A stretch of 64,000 nt of DNA, taken from the IMG/VR virus record IMGVR_UViG_3300020156_000001, positions 42,321 through 106,320 of that record. One strand, given 5' to 3'. Positions 36,613 to 46,762 of the stretch are shown here, one piece after another. This DNA comes from a virus (Duplodnaviria; Heunggongvirae; Uroviricota; Caudoviricetes). The notes under the pieces were generated by a model, which saw only the letters and a list, made by a program, of their open reading frames with translations, did not search any database and was not told the origin of the DNA. Made by a program: the position numbers and the translations under genes. Numbering within the stretch: the first letter of the stretch is position 1; each line of letters begins with the position of its first letter.

Positions 36613-37715
36613 CCCGCGACCAAATGCCTCCGCTTGCGAACAAATCCCCTGTTAATATCACCGCGTTGATGATCACGAACCCATGCCCACTTATAAAAGT
36701 CGCGAGGTTCAAGTTGATCCACAGGCTTACCCAGCGCGAGTAGTTCATCCATTGTTAGCAAGCGAACTTTGCGCCAATGGCCATCAACGTCATGCCGTCG
36801 CTTTCCAATATCCGTCTTTGCCAGTCCCGAACGAACCCACTTGTAAGGGTTTGTTGGTTTGCGATTTGGAATGCGGATCTTGACTTCATCAAATCCCAGG
36901 AACGGTCTGGACTTGCCGTTGATAATGCGCCGACCCTTTTGTGGCTGGCGCTCATATCGTTCAACTGGTGGAAAGTAGTAGAGCAGAAGGATTGCCAACA
37001 CATGGCGAATTGTACCCGCGAGTTCTTGCAGATATTGGTCTGCAAATTTTGCAAAGCCCTGTGGAACCTTATCCGGTCCAATACTGGCAATATCAAACTC
37101 AATGTGCTCGCTTAGCAAACGCCAAGGATGTTGTTCCTGCTCCATGAGATCCTTTGGAGACTGATTGACCATTAGGCCAATGTCTTCAAAGATCTTATCA
37201 AGATCAGAGCCGGCTTGGTATTGCATTCCAAGGGCAAAATATGTGCGTTGACGGAAGCTTAGACCTAATGGGTTTCCCATCGACCGTAGCTCATTGCGAT
37301 CGCGTGAAAAGAAGAACTTGACCAGCGAGCCCGACATAACATTGCCGCGGTCGCGGATCTCTTCATCAATCAGTGAGATCGAAAACGCTGTTTCGCTGAT
37401 CTTTTCCAGCAAAAATGCTGTAGTGCCCTTGGGTGTTTCCGGGAGAAACGCATCGCGTCGGAATTCAATCCAAAGCTTGTTTGTGGGCAGTCGGAAATAT
37501 TGAAGCGAATCCAACACTCGCTCAGGATTCAAGTGCAGGGAAAGCTCATACGCGAGTGTGGCTGCTTGGTCATCAAGTGTGATAACTTTGCTGCTGTAGA
37601 CTTTGCGAGCAGTATCAGCGAGAAGTTCTCGATTGATACGATCAAAGTCCTTGGCAATGGCGTCGGGTTCACCCCAGTTCTTCTTGTAAAGGATGCGGTC
37701 AGCCAGCAAACTCAT
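36609..37715 (-). CDS. Conserved phage hypothetical protein
   Basis: C-terminal RRHDVDGHWR...WVRDHQRG His-rich motif; consensus RBS and promoter. Confidence 0.75.
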   Translation of the reverse strand: MSLLADRILYKKNWGEPDAIAKDFDRINRELLADTARKVYSSKVITLDDQAATLAYELSLHLNPERVLDSLQYFRLPTNKLWIEFRRDAFLPETPKGTTAFLLEKISETAFSISLIDEEIRDRGNVMSGSLVKFFFSRDRNELRSMGNPLGLSFRQRTYFALGMQYQAGSDLDKIFEDIGLMVNQSPKDLMEQEQHPWRLLSEHIEFDIASIGPDKVPQGFAKFADQYLQELAGTIRHVLAILLLYYFPPVERYERQPQKGRRIINGKSRPFLGFDEVKIRIPNRKPTNPYKWVRSGLAKTDIGKRRHDVDGHWRKVRLLTMDELLALGKPVDQLEPRDFYKWAWVRDHQRGDINRGFVRKRRHLVAG

Positions 37716-37760
37716 GTTCGATCTCCGTTTGTGGAGAAACTAACACAGGCAACCAATAAG

Positions 37761-38120
37761 TCAACTCTGCTGCGCCATCCGTTGGGCTTTTAGGCTACGT
37801 TGAAACCGTTTTTCAGCTTCATCCTTTTTGCGACGCCACTGCGCATATAGGGGCATGAACGGGCTATCATCGTTAACTGGTATGTTAATGTGGAAGTCTT
37901 TATCGCCCCAAGTTAGCTTCATTATGAGAAAATGTTCAGCCTTCTCAAGAAAATATTCTCGCTCCCAACCCTCATAAGCTATCACTTTGAATGTTTGGTT
38001 TTCAAACCAAGAATTCATTAGGTCAATATGAACGCTAGATTTAACGAAAATACTGAGATGTGTATAGACCTCAGAACGTTCGCCATACGCGGTACTTTGG
38101 GGGAGTATTTTGAGAACCAT
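37761..38120 (-). CDS. FKL-motif family protein
   Basis: LEKAEHFLIMKLTWG. Confidence 0.6.
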   Translation of the reverse strand: MVLKILPQSTAYGERSEVYTHLSIFVKSSVHIDLMNSWFENQTFKVIAYEGWEREYFLEKAEHFLIMKLTWGDKDFHINIPVNDDSPFMPLYAQWRRKKDEAEKRFQRSLKAQRMAQQS

Positions 38121-38140
38121 GGGGAAAGCCGATCAGTAGT

Positions 38141-38217
38141 TGGAGAGTGTGGCGGGACTCGAACCCACATATATCTCCTTTGCAGGGAGGACCGTAACCA
38201 GTTCCGGTCACACACTC
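38141..38217 (-). tRNA. tRNA-Cys(GCA)
   Basis: Anticodon loop CTGCAAA, GTTCGAGTC, U73-CCA. Confidence 0.88.
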
Positions 38218-38262
38218 CAACTACTGATCTTGTCCTTTATTTATGTTAGCGGAAACCATAAG

Positions 38263-38556
38263 TCAAGAAAATTTTCGTTTATCCCACGAATCGAGCACCA
38301 TAATCAGCGTGAGCATTTTGTACTCGATCCGGGCGACTTGTTCGTTGTGGCGTGGATTTTTTGTACGGCCAAGTCTACCCATCTCCACAAGCAGCTCGTA
38401 CAAACGAACGTATTTCCGTGCGCGATCAAGCACTTGCTCAAATGTGAGATGACCCTGGGTGTACCAATCTAGCAGCGCATAATAGCCGTGTGGATCTTCC
38501 CCGTTTAAACGGGTGCGCATGTATGGGATACGAATCCCGCGACGATCTCGCTTCAT
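38263..38556 (-). CDS. Hypothetical protein
   Basis: ORF with AAGGA RBS. Confidence 0.55.
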   Translation of the reverse strand: MKRDRRGIRIPYMRTRLNGEDPHGYYALLDWYTQGHLTFEQVLDRARKYVRLYELLVEMGRLGRTKNPRHNEQVARIEYKMLTLIMVLDSWDKRKFS

Positions 38557-38567
38557 GTGAAAATCCT

Positions 38568-38750
38568 TTACTCGGCATCTTCGATTTGGAAGTCGATCAT
38601 GGCCTTTGCATCGTCAATGCTATTGGCGTATCCGTGGCGTGGATCATCTTCGCCGTCATAATCCTTGTGGACCCAATTCCAATCAAGTCCTAAAAATGGC
38701 TTGGGATCATAATAGATGGTGTAATCTTTGTATTCGATCCGTACCGTCAT
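38568..38750 (-). CDS. Small hypothetical protein
   Basis: AGGAGATC RBS; HKDYDG..DPRHG motif. Confidence 0.7.
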   Translation of the reverse strand: MTVRIEYKDYTIYYDPKPFLGLDWNWVHKDYDGEDDPRHGYANSIDDAKAMIDFQIEDAE

Positions 38751-38809
38751 TTTGATCTCCTTTGCTTGTATTCCTAATCTAACATAGGAACGCAAACTGT
38801 CAACCAGAT

Positions 38810-39436
38810 TTAGGCAGAAAGTTCCTGAATTGCCTTCTCGTAGATTTCCTTGAAGTCGTGCGCGTGCAAGGGAACTTCTTCAGCCAGCTTAAATGCAATC
38901 ATATCGCGCTTGTCGTTGAAGAAAAGAAACTGTGAGCTTTGATAATATGGCGCGACAATATCATAGCCAGTGGGGAAGAATTTCCTATAGGAAGATGGTA
39001 GATTTTCTCGGTCTGGAAATTTGTGGGCAAAGTCAACGTACACGGCACGAGTCATCCGCAGAAAATAGCCGACCTCTGATAGAGATATGCCCAAGTTGAT
39101 CAACCCATAAAGGCTACCACTTAAATGGAAAGCTTCATCTGCACCAATCATTTCCTCAAAAACGTGATCAACCATAACACGTTGAGGAATGGTTTCATCA
39201 CTAAACACTGGGGCGATAGGCTGGGGATGAGAATAGTGGAGATCATCTAGCTTAAAAACTTTTGAACGTGCAAGATCCCGACAGCCCACTACACTCTTAG
39301 TTGCAAGTAGGATCATCCTAGTACGGAGCTTGGATATATCGGTAAAAATACGAATGGATTTATCGTTGGGATTCAAAATCCAACCACGATCACCCAAATA
39401 TCCCTTTTGGGGATTGAATATAACTAACTCGTTCAT
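38810..39436 (-). CDS. FKL-motif family protein (long form)
   Basis: FFNDKRDMIAFKLA. Confidence 0.65.
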   Translation of the reverse strand: MNELVIFNPQKGYLGDRGWILNPNDKSIRIFTDISKLRTRMILLATKSVVGCRDLARSKVFKLDDLHYSHPQPIAPVFSDETIPQRVMVDHVFEEMIGADEAFHLSGSLYGLINLGISLSEVGYFLRMTRAVYVDFAHKFPDRENLPSSYRKFFPTGYDIVAPYYQSSQFLFFNDKRDMIAFKLAEEVPLHAHDFKEIYEKAIQELSA

Positions 39437-39497
39437 GGTTTAGGCTCCATTTTACTGGAGCCTAACACGAAATCCTAAACTGTCAAACGCTTTGGTT

Positions 39498-39827
39498 TCA
39501 ACCAGTGCTGCGAATCCGCTGCATGAGATTGATAACTGGGATAATTGTTCCAGCTACTGAAATAGCATCAACTTGATAAGCAATGCAAGCGGTCTTTACG
39601 TAAGCCTTAAGCTCTGCCGGCGACTTGCGGTCAATCCAATGCTGAGTAACAAGCTTGCGCTTGAGCAACAAACGAGCTGTTGCCATGGTGTCAACCTTGC
39701 GACGACGAACCGAACGCTGACGTTCAATTTCTTCGCGGTCACGTTCTGCCTTGAGAAACTCTTTGCGTGCTTCAATAGCCGCAAGCTGCTCTGGTGTACG
39801 TTCGATACGTTCAATAAGTTCCGACAT
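39498..39827 (-). CDS. Hypothetical protein
   Basis: AAGGAG RBS. Confidence 0.65.
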   Translation of the reverse strand: MSELIERIERTPEQLAAIEARKEFLKAERDREEIERQRSVRRRKVDTMATARLLLKRKLVTQHWIDRKSPAELKAYVKTACIAYQVDAISVAGTIIPVINLMQRIRSTG

Positions 39828-39894
39828 TTTTAGCTCCTTGTTTAATCCGATCTTAAAACCTAGGAGCAGTCTAAGTCAATTTTAATAATCTATT

Positions 39895-40158
39895 TTAGAA
39901 CCGAAGTTTGAACAACGTGACATGGGACATTTCTTTGAAGTGGAAATAGCTGCGATACGTTAATGAGGAAAAGCTCCATCCTTCGCCCATAACTCCAAAT
40001 AAGTCAGTAGCCCAGTAAATCATTTCCCTTTGAATCGCAGCTTTATCATCCTGGTTAGAACCTTCATTCCAAAGCCACTGCACACGGATATGATATTCAA
40101 AGGGCTCATACCAGCCTTTGGTTTCCCATTCAGGGACTAATCCAATCTCATATTTCAT
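39895..40158 (-). CDS. FKL-motif family protein
   Basis: WATDLFG...FKEMSHVTLFKLRF. Confidence 0.75.
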   Translation of the reverse strand: MKYEIGLVPEWETKGWYEPFEYHIRVQWLWNEGSNQDDKAAIQREMIYWATDLFGVMGEGWSFSSLTYRSYFHFKEMSHVTLFKLRF

Positions 40159-40406
40159 AGCGTAAATTTCAGCTTGAACAACATGGCTAGTTTATCATCG
40201 GAAATGGTCACGATGGCCAAATGGCGATAGCGATGGCAGGTAAAGTTTTGAGAGTTGAGTCCAACTTCACAAGCCCATATCTCCATTCGATCCAAATATT
40301 CGTCCATTACGTGTTGGTCCAAGTTCCATTCAAAGTTGATAGAAAAACGCCAATATGGTTCACCTGCAACATAATGGTGCTCACCGGTGAGAGTATAATC
40401 GGTCAT
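40155..40406 (-). CDS. FKL-motif family protein
   Basis: ISDDKLAMLFKLKF. Confidence 0.75.
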   Translation of the reverse strand: MTDYTLTGEHHYVAGEPYWRFSINFEWNLDQHVMDEYLDRMEIWACEVGLNSQNFTCHRYRHLAIVTISDDKLAMLFKLKFTL

Positions 40407-40693
40407 GAGAGCGCCAGTTTGAACAGCATGAGATCCGTGTGTTGACGAAACCGAATGGTAAGATCATCCACACTGTTGCTCTTGGGAATTTGCCAATCCA
40501 CGTTGCTTTCGCCAACGTTGTCGTTAAGCCATGATATTACCATCATCCGGCAGATAATCCAACTGTCAACAACTGCGGTGATGGAATCGTAGAAATCACT
40601 AGGCTCACGAATTTCCACATCGCATATCTTTACTGAACATGGAAACCCAGGGATATCCGTTGCTGTTTCAATCTCAAGCTTTAGGATCTTCAT
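40403..40693 (-). CDS. FKL-motif family protein
   Basis: WLNDNVG...FRQHTDLMLFKLAL. Confidence 0.75.
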   Translation of the reverse strand: MKILKLEIETATDIPGFPCSVKICDVEIREPSDFYDSITAVVDSWIICRMMVISWLNDNVGESNVDWQIPKSNSVDDLTIRFRQHTDLMLFKLALS

Positions 40694-41007
40694 AGCCACC
40701 TCAACTTGAATACCATTGCATCTTTGGCTTCGGTAAACAAGACTGTGAGGCAACTGTACTTTTGGATAGTAGTCCAAGTGCCAGTCTTCTTCACATGAGG
40801 ACCATATTCGGTAGCCATCCATTGGATAAACTCACTGCTTGCGCGATGGCACATGATGTCAGTTGTTGCCGTTGGTGGTACCTCAAAATAGTTCCAATAT
40901 ATTGCAAATGCGTAGTTAAAACGAACATACCGAGGATCACGCTGACCACGCCAGCATCTAATATCAGTGGAAACTTCCTGAGTCTCATGTATGGGTAAAG
41001 AAAACAT
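40690..41007 (-). CDS. FKL-motif family protein
   Basis: FTEAKDAMVFKLRWL. Confidence 0.75.
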   Translation of the reverse strand: MFSLPIHETQEVSTDIRCWRGQRDPRYVRFNYAFAIYWNYFEVPPTATTDIMCHRASSEFIQWMATEYGPHVKKTGTWTTIQKYSCLTVLFTEAKDAMVFKLRWL

Positions 41008-41291
41008 TAGGCAAACCTCAACTTGAACTGAAGAGCATCTCCTCGATCCTCAAACATGTATTCGGCCCGTTCCATGAAATGAACATGGCCCCATCGAGCG
41101 GGTTTGTCCTTTTCGTCAAACTCACTGCCAAAGTTTTCAGTGCACCACTCGTTAGCAGTATCAACGAACTGGGTTACATATTTCCAAGCCGCGCTTATAT
41201 GCTCAAAATCGTTGACGTCCACTGTTACGACCAACACGTAACAGGGTGATCCATCGTGAAAGCTTTTCTCTTGGAACTGTATCGTGTGCAT
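41007..41291 (-). CDS. FKL-motif family protein
   Basis: EWCTENFG...FEDRGDALQFKLRFA. Confidence 0.75.
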   Translation of the reverse strand: MHTIQFQEKSFHDGSPCYVLVVTVDVNDFEHISAAWKYVTQFVDTANEWCTENFGSEFDEKDKPARWGHVHFMERAEYMFEDRGDALQFKLRFA

Positions 41292-42067
41292 TAGCCAACG
41301 TTTTCGAGAATAAGTTGAAGATGAGTGGGATCCTGCAGTGTGATGTCAAAGTCTTGTTGAATCTGGCGTCGAATAAACGGCAACACATAATGCTTGTAAT
41401 CAATGGGGTGCCAGCCTCTGGGAATCAAGCCCAGCAGCTTTTCCAGCGAGATCGGGAAATAGTTTTCCTTGACCTCACGTTCCCAATTCCGTGTGTACCG
41501 ATACTTTAGGAGAAAGTGGACCAGTGCCCAGTTCTCATTGATGCTGCCCCACTGGGTTTCAAACTCGCGGAGCTTTTGCTGGTCATAACTCTTCTTCACG
41601 CAAAGCACAGAGATTGGGTCGCTTTTGCGGGTAATGCTTTCTTCTACGACCATATCCCGAATAACAACGTACTTAAACGTGTTTTTGTCGTAGATGCGCT
41701 TCCAAAAGATATCCACATCCTCGGGCGAACCATAGGAGTAAACCTCATGAATTAAGCTGTTGAGGAGAACCGCTTTGTTGCCGGCAAGTGTTCCAAGGTA
41801 AGTGAGAAGAATGTTCCAGTCGGAGAAAAACTCAACGCCTGGATTCTTTTCCCTTGCCAGTTCTAGCATGGGAACGGAAATGTCGTACCCTACGTAAATG
41901 ATTTCGGGGAAGATTGCCCGCATAAACGCGATGGTTGAACCATCAGCGCAGCCAAAGTCCACAATCACTTGTGCGTCGATCTTGTCCATGAACACGATCT
42001 TATCGATCATGCTTTTACGCATTTCCACGTTGTATGAAGTAATGCTTGGAATATTTGGATCGAGCAT
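41291..42067 (-). CDS. Class I SAM-dependent methyltransferase
   Basis: IVDFGCADG, GYDIS..ML, NSLIHEV motifs. Confidence 0.85.
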   Translation of the reverse strand: MLDPNIPSITSYNVEMRKSMIDKIVFMDKIDAQVIVDFGCADGSTIAFMRAIFPEIIYVGYDISVPMLELAREKNPGVEFFSDWNILLTYLGTLAGNKAVLLNSLIHEVYSYGSPEDVDIFWKRIYDKNTFKYVVIRDMVVEESITRKSDPISVLCVKKSYDQQKLREFETQWGSINENWALVHFLLKYRYTRNWEREVKENYFPISLEKLLGLIPRGWHPIDYKHYVLPFIRRQIQQDFDITLQDPTHLQLILENVG

Positions 42068-42123
42068 ATTGGTCTCCTGTTTCTTGTACCTAATTTAGCA
42101 CAGAATAGGAAGACGTCAACCGC

Positions 42124-42390
42124 TTATGCGAACGTTAGCTTGAACAGCATAGCATCTTCGCGCTTTGTAAAATAAACGTAGTGGTACATTTCATTCCATC
42201 GTTGGTAGCGATAACCACGATTCAATTGGAACTGATTAACAAGCCAATCCTTAAACACGATTGAAGTGTGCCACTGATCATTTGCTTGTTCAGGATTTTC
42301 ATAATCCCATATGATGGACAATCCAAAACGAAAATCCAATGATGGTGCATCAGAAGGTTCACCAAGTAGTTCGCGTATCTCGTACTTCAT
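42124..42390 (-). CDS. FKL-motif family protein
   Basis: FTKREDAMLFKLTFA. Confidence 0.75.
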   Translation of the reverse strand: MKYEIRELLGEPSDAPSLDFRFGLSIIWDYENPEQANDQWHTSIVFKDWLVNQFQLNRGYRYQRWNEMYHYVYFTKREDAMLFKLTFA

Positions 42391-42698
42391 GAGAACCTCA
42401 ACTTGAATTCCATAGCAGCGGGTTTATTTTGGAACCAAAAGCTTGCAAACATACGGCCGGAATATTCGCAATGCCACGCGCCCATTTGATCCAAACGCTT
42501 ACCAAACCGCTCAGTGCACCATTCCCTCATCTCTTCATATTTGAGATAATTTTCCGTAGAAAATTCCGGAATACCATCATGGGGAAAATAATAGCGAATT
42601 AACGTACCAAGCCGGTCCTCAAACTCATATGGAATAGATTCCAGCCGATGACAATCCATTAGGCAAATCTCGCGTAGTCGATACGTGCGCGATTGCAC
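42387..42698 (-). CDS. FKL-motif family protein
   Basis: EWCTERFG...FQNKPAAMEFKLRFS; start uncertain. Confidence 0.7.
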   Translation of the reverse strand: MQSRTYRLREICLMDCHRLESIPYEFEDRLGTLIRYYFPHDGIPEFSTENYLKYEEMREWCTERFGKRLDQMGAWHCEYSGRMFASFWFQNKPAAMEFKLRFS

Positions 42699-42886
42699 CG
42701 TTCGATAAGCCGTGTCACTGGTCGATCGCTGTTGATAATAAAGCTAAATTCCTGCGGTGAAAGCTTTCCACGCGCAAGCAAAAGCTTGGCAGTACCAACG
42801 ATATCAATGCAGCTGGTTGTTGCATCAAGGCCAACCCTGCGGCAGTCTTCTGTGGTGCGTACTTCCCAGGTGCGGTTGTCGTTCAC
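42659..42886 (-). CDS. Hypothetical protein
   Basis: GGAGATC RBS before GTG. Confidence 0.5.
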   Translation of the reverse strand: MNDNRTWEVRTTEDCRRVGLDATTSCIDIVGTAKLLLARGKLSPQEFSFIINSDRPVTRLIERCNRARIDYARFA

Positions 42887-43059
42887 TTATGATCTCCATT
42901 AGTTAGTTTTGGAGACATGTCTCGGTAGATTGGAACAACGTACCCGTTTTCAAAACGGACTGCAACCAGCTTTGCCGCTACCGGCCGTATGGTTATCTCA
43001 CCCAATTCCGACATAGAATCTCCTTTGTTATGGAGATCCTAACATAGGAACCAATGTTG

Positions 43060-43422
43060 TCAAGCAAATTTGGTATCAACAATCCTGGCAAAGCCGATTG
43101 CTAGTTTTAGCAGCATAGCATCATTTAAACTACTAAGCACAACCATATTCCGTTCGTGCTCAACCAAGAACATTCCACTCAGTCCGTCGGAGCGTTTTAC
43201 GTCGGGACACCAAGTTCGTTTCATTTCAATCTTCCAAGGAAACCAAGGAGACTTCAATTGGTTTATGCAGAACAAGTGGGCATCATCACGGCCCTCTTTG
43301 ATTGATTTGTTAGGATGAGGCAAAAGCTCCATTACGGTCCAATTAGGACGAGTCTTATCCGCATCTACAAAGATCTTGCGAACTTCAGACCTTGGTAAGG
43401 GATAGTTGGGCTGTTCAATCAT
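43060..43422 (-). CDS. FKL-motif family protein
   Basis: LSSLNDAMLLKLAI. Confidence 0.6.
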   Translation of the reverse strand: MIEQPNYPLPRSEVRKIFVDADKTRPNWTVMELLPHPNKSIKEGRDDAHLFCINQLKSPWFPWKIEMKRTWCPDVKRSDGLSGMFLVEHERNMVVLSSLNDAMLLKLAIGFARIVDTKFA

Positions 43423-43699
43423 TAAACAGCTTTGCCTCAAGGTGGCGGCAATGTGGATCAGCACAACGGAAAAACAACGCGGTGGTTTCGTTTTGCGCGT
43501 TGCGGTCGGCCATCACAAACGTGAACTTGCGAATCTCGCCAGTGCGAGTGCTTTCCACGTAAAAGCTTGGTGTACCTTCGGCACTGGTCTCAAAGCGAAA
43601 GTTATCGCCGAGAATGCTCATGCTGCCGATGAACTGGTTGTTTCGGAACTGAAACTGTGAACTGTTGATAGTGGATTCGCTTGGCGCATTGTTAGACAT
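43415..43699 (-). CDS. Hypothetical protein (paralog of 12840..13139)
   Basis: FYVESTRTG...KLFND; GAGGTGATC RBS. Confidence 0.7.
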   Translation of the reverse strand: MSNNAPSESTINSSQFQFRNNQFIGSMSILGDNFRFETSAEGTPSFYVESTRTGEIRKFTFVMADRNAQNETTALFFRCADPHCRHLEAKLFND

Positions 43700-43904
43700 T
43701 GATCACCTCGGTAATATTGGTCGTTCCATATACGGCAACAACAATGGTATCAAGCTGAGGATACGTAACTTTGCTGTGAATGTCACGCGGTTCATTGATC
43801 GCACGTAAAAACGCAAAACGCGCATGGAAGCTACTGTTGGCCTCCACACGCATCATTGCATTCCTAGTGGCGTCCGATCTGTAAAAGACTCGGAACTCCT
43901 GCAT
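43692..43904 (-). CDS. Hypothetical protein
   Basis: Coupled ORF. Confidence 0.5.
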   Translation of the reverse strand: MQEFRVFYRSDATRNAMMRVEANSSFHARFAFLRAINEPRDIHSKVTYPQLDTIVVAVYGTTNITEVINV

Positions 43905-44041
43905 TAGAACGCAGCAGTCAACGCGGCTTCCACTGCCTTGTATGCGACGACGAGAACGCCAAGGCCAATGCAGCCAACAGCCACAAACACTGCGCCCCAG
44001 TTGCCGTTAAAAGCCTTACCGTTCTTATCAACTTCAGACAT
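43904..44041 (-). CDS. Small membrane protein
   Basis: AGGAGATCG RBS before MSEV; one TM. Confidence 0.6.
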   Translation of the reverse strand: MSEVDKNGKAFNGNWGAVFVAVGCIGLGVLVVAYKAVEAALTAAF

Positions 44042-44087
44042 GTTCGATCTCCTTTGCTTGCCTAACAAAACCGAACATAACAGGTTT

Positions 44088-44684
44088 TCACTGGATGTCA
44101 ACACCAGTTTCGGAATAACCATTGGGGTAAGCCTTCTTGTCAAGGCGTTCAAGTTCCTTGCGAATGGATTCCTCAATAAACTCATCGAATGTAAGGGCAC
44201 TGGCTTCAGCAGCATGACGAAGCCTTTCGAGAGCTTCTTCATCAAACTCAAGTACCACTACCACTTTGCGGTCGTGCGGAAGGCCATCACGAATCGCACG
44301 AATCTTTGACATAATGTCGAGAAGGCTTTCCGTCTCATACCAGTTGTCGACTTCAACAGCTAAACAAGCCGGAGGAGCCGTAGCAACTTTTGGAGTAAGC
44401 TGCATCATACGTAGGCGAGAATACGCTGGATGCACCCAACGATAGCCCTCACGCAAATTGTAGTCCCACACTGCAATCTCATACGGACGCTTTGTTTGAG
44501 CATCGTAGAACATTTGCACCTCACAATAGAGGTTGGCAAAACTGTCGACTAAGATATTGCCGTTATACGTGGGAACATTGATCTCAACATTCTGTTTTAC
44601 GCGGTCAAGCGGCGCAAGTGCCCACAAGTCGTCAAAGGCGGATCTATGAAGATTGACAAAATTATCTTCGTAAAGGGGTTCCAT
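44088..44684 (-). CDS. Conserved phage hypothetical protein, C-terminal ribbon-helix-helix-like segment
   Basis: AGGAG RBS; YRWVHPAY; ..AA...LTFDEFIE. Confidence 0.65.
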   Translation of the reverse strand: MEPLYEDNFVNLHRSAFDDLWALAPLDRVKQNVEINVPTYNGNILVDSFANLYCEVQMFYDAQTKRPYEIAVWDYNLREGYRWVHPAYSRLRMMQLTPKVATAPPACLAVEVDNWYETESLLDIMSKIRAIRDGLPHDRKVVVVLEFDEEALERLRHAAEASALTFDEFIEESIRKELERLDKKAYPNGYSETGVDIQ

Positions 44685-44743
44685 GAAAAAGCTCCTGTTT
44701 CCGCTATTATACGGCAACAGGAGCGTCACAATCAAATATTAAC

Positions 44744-45475
44744 TTAGTAGGCCAACAGCTTGATGTGATAATCATCAACCTTCAGGCGCTTGCCATCAAC
44801 GGAAATACCAATGTATGGGTACTTGCGATTCCGCAAGTTTACTTCCTTGATCTCGTACCGTATACCCTTATAGATAAGTTGCTTGCCGATGTATGGGTGA
44901 ACCGTGATCACTTTATCTTCGCGGCGCTTGATGCGCTTTGCAGCGGCCGACATTTCGTGACCAGCGTTGTCAAAATCTCGCTCAGGATTGCCGTAAAGTG
45001 GTGTGATCCGATCGTTCAGGAACTTGTCACGGAGGATACCATAAAGCTTTTGGAAGAACGCGCCATGACCCGCTTCGGAGTAACCAACACCAGGAACATA
45101 TGGAAGACGTTGCAGGGGCTGCCGATGCTTGTGGATAAGTTCGAACTGAAGCACATGGGCAAACTCGTGCAGCACAAGCGCATCAACCCAATCCTTCCAG
45201 TTATTGGTTACAAAGCCGCCAATAGCTGGATTGTGGGCGTAGGACTTGTATTCGGTAACACCTATCACAGGAAACTGTAAAACCGAACCCATGTTAAGCT
45301 TCATGAAAGGTACGCCATTACGACGACCAGCGCGACCCAAACGATCGCAAATCCGAAAGCCGATATTGGGCTGAAGAATGTTAACGTTGGCATCAAACCG
45401 GGCAATTGCAAACGCTTTGAGGTCAATTATCAGCTTGTTTACGTGAGCTGTAACTTCGTTCTTTGTGGGAAGCAT
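44744..45475 (-). CDS. SprT-like zinc metalloprotease domain protein
   Basis: RLGRA, LHEFAH, GHGAFFQ. Confidence 0.7.
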   Translation of the reverse strand: MLPTKNEVTAHVNKLIIDLKAFAIARFDANVNILQPNIGFRICDRLGRAGRRNGVPFMKLNMGSVLQFPVIGVTEYKSYAHNPAIGGFVTNNWKDWVDALVLHEFAHVLQFELIHKHRQPLQRLPYVPGVGYSEAGHGAFFQKLYGILRDKFLNDRITPLYGNPERDFDNAGHEMSAAAKRIKRREDKVITVHPYIGKQLIYKGIRYEIKEVNLRNRKYPYIGISVDGKRLKVDDYHIKLLAY

Positions 45476-45536
45476 TTGCGATCTCCTATTTGCTAACTTC
45501 CTGAATCCTAACATAGGAATAGGAATTGTCAACCGC

Positions 45537-45821
45537 TCAAACTGTAACTTGTGAATCCCATTTCAGTTTGAACAAAATCAAATTTGCGTGGTTGGTATCA
45601 CCGGGGAAATGAACATGCCACTCAAATACACCATAACGTTGCACTTCAAACTTTGTGCCCTCATACGTTTCGTAGATCCACTCCACAAAATCTCTCATGT
45701 AGATGTCATAGCGGGGATTGGATGGGTCAGGTACCCAGTTCCAGTCAATGATCACCGAAGATGCAGAAACTTCCATAAGTCCGTATTCAAAATACCGCAG
45801 AGCTGCAACGTGAGTGGTCAT
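45537..45821 (-). CDS. FKL-motif family protein
   Basis: NLILFKLKWD. Confidence 0.7.
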   Translation of the reverse strand: MTTHVAALRYFEYGLMEVSASSVIIDWNWVPDPSNPRYDIYMRDFVEWIYETYEGTKFEVQRYGVFEWHVHFPGDTNHANLILFKLKWDSQVTV

Positions 45822-45831
45822 TCAAACCCAG

Positions 45832-46131
45832 TTATTGGAAGGTTAATTTGAACAACATTAACGCTTTAGCGTCGGAAAAGCTAATTATCGTAACAAAAGC
45901 TTTGGTTATGATAACCCTTTCGCCCGCAGTTGTTTCCTTCAAAAACACCGGTTCAATTCGGTGAGAAGTTTTGATCCTGTTGTTTTGCAGCCAGTTAAAA
46001 ACTTCTATTGATGGTACAAACACGGGTTTGTTAGCATGGTTTTTAGTTTCCCATTCATCAAGTTGTTGATGCTCGATGGGAACCAATATTTCAAGCGGTC
46101 CAAAAGGTTTTAGATCCAATACATCAATCAT
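45832..46131 (-). CDS. FKL-motif family protein
   Basis: FSDAKALMLFKLTF. Confidence 0.75.
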   Translation of the reverse strand: MIDVLDLKPFGPLEILVPIEHQQLDEWETKNHANKPVFVPSIEVFNWLQNNRIKTSHRIEPVFLKETTAGERVIITKAFVTIISFSDAKALMLFKLTFQ

Positions 46132-46493
46132 AGCATTAGCTTTAGCATTGCAGCGGTGCTCTTTCCACTTTCCATAAACAGCAAGCTGAAACTACGATTG
46201 CGCTTGCCGCTAATGATCCAATCCTTGTGTTCGGTAGCACCAAGCTTTTCGACAAGTTCACGAACCTGCGTTTCAAGGTTATTTCGATATTCCGTACGGG
46301 TGGTATCCCACGAATAGTGGTACAGGCTGTAATCGATGATAAAGGTAAATCGAAAGACAAAGCGAGAGCCTTCGGTAATTTCCGACATGCTAAAGCCTGC
46401 GGATATGCCCTCGGGAATTCCTTCCATCTTTATTGGGTGAACCACAGGAGAAGCCTTTTGCCGCGGGGGTTTGAAATTCTCAGGTTTCTTCAC
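46128..46493 (-). CDS. FKL-motif family protein
   Basis: TAAMLKLML. Confidence 0.6.
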   Translation of the reverse strand: MKKPENFKPPRQKASPVVHPIKMEGIPEGISAGFSMSEITEGSRFVFRFTFIIDYSLYHYSWDTTRTEYRNNLETQVRELVEKLGATEHKDWIISGKRNRSFSLLFMESGKSTAAMLKLML

Positions 46494-46762
46494 GTCATGT
46501 ACCTCAGCTTGAACATGGCCGCATGTTTTTCATCATCAAGCCACACGTTCATTTCGCCTAGTCCCCACTTGTAGGAGCAACCATTTCCCTTGGTCAACCC
46601 CATACTTTCAAGAAACTCAACAATTGACTCATATAATTGTTTGGCCGCCGCTTTTGCTTCACCAATAGTCCATGAATCGGTTTCAAAATCCGGGTTAATT
46701 GAAAAGAAGTATTGGTTGTGGTCCCGGTAGATCCTAGACATTCTAACTGTATAATTTAGCAT
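46490..46762 (-). CDS. FKL-motif family protein
   Basis: LDDEKHAAMFKLRY. Confidence 0.75.
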   Translation of the reverse strand: MLNYTVRMSRIYRDHNQYFFSINPDFETDSWTIGEAKAAAKQLYESIVEFLESMGLTKGNGCSYKWGLGEMNVWLDDEKHAAMFKLRYMT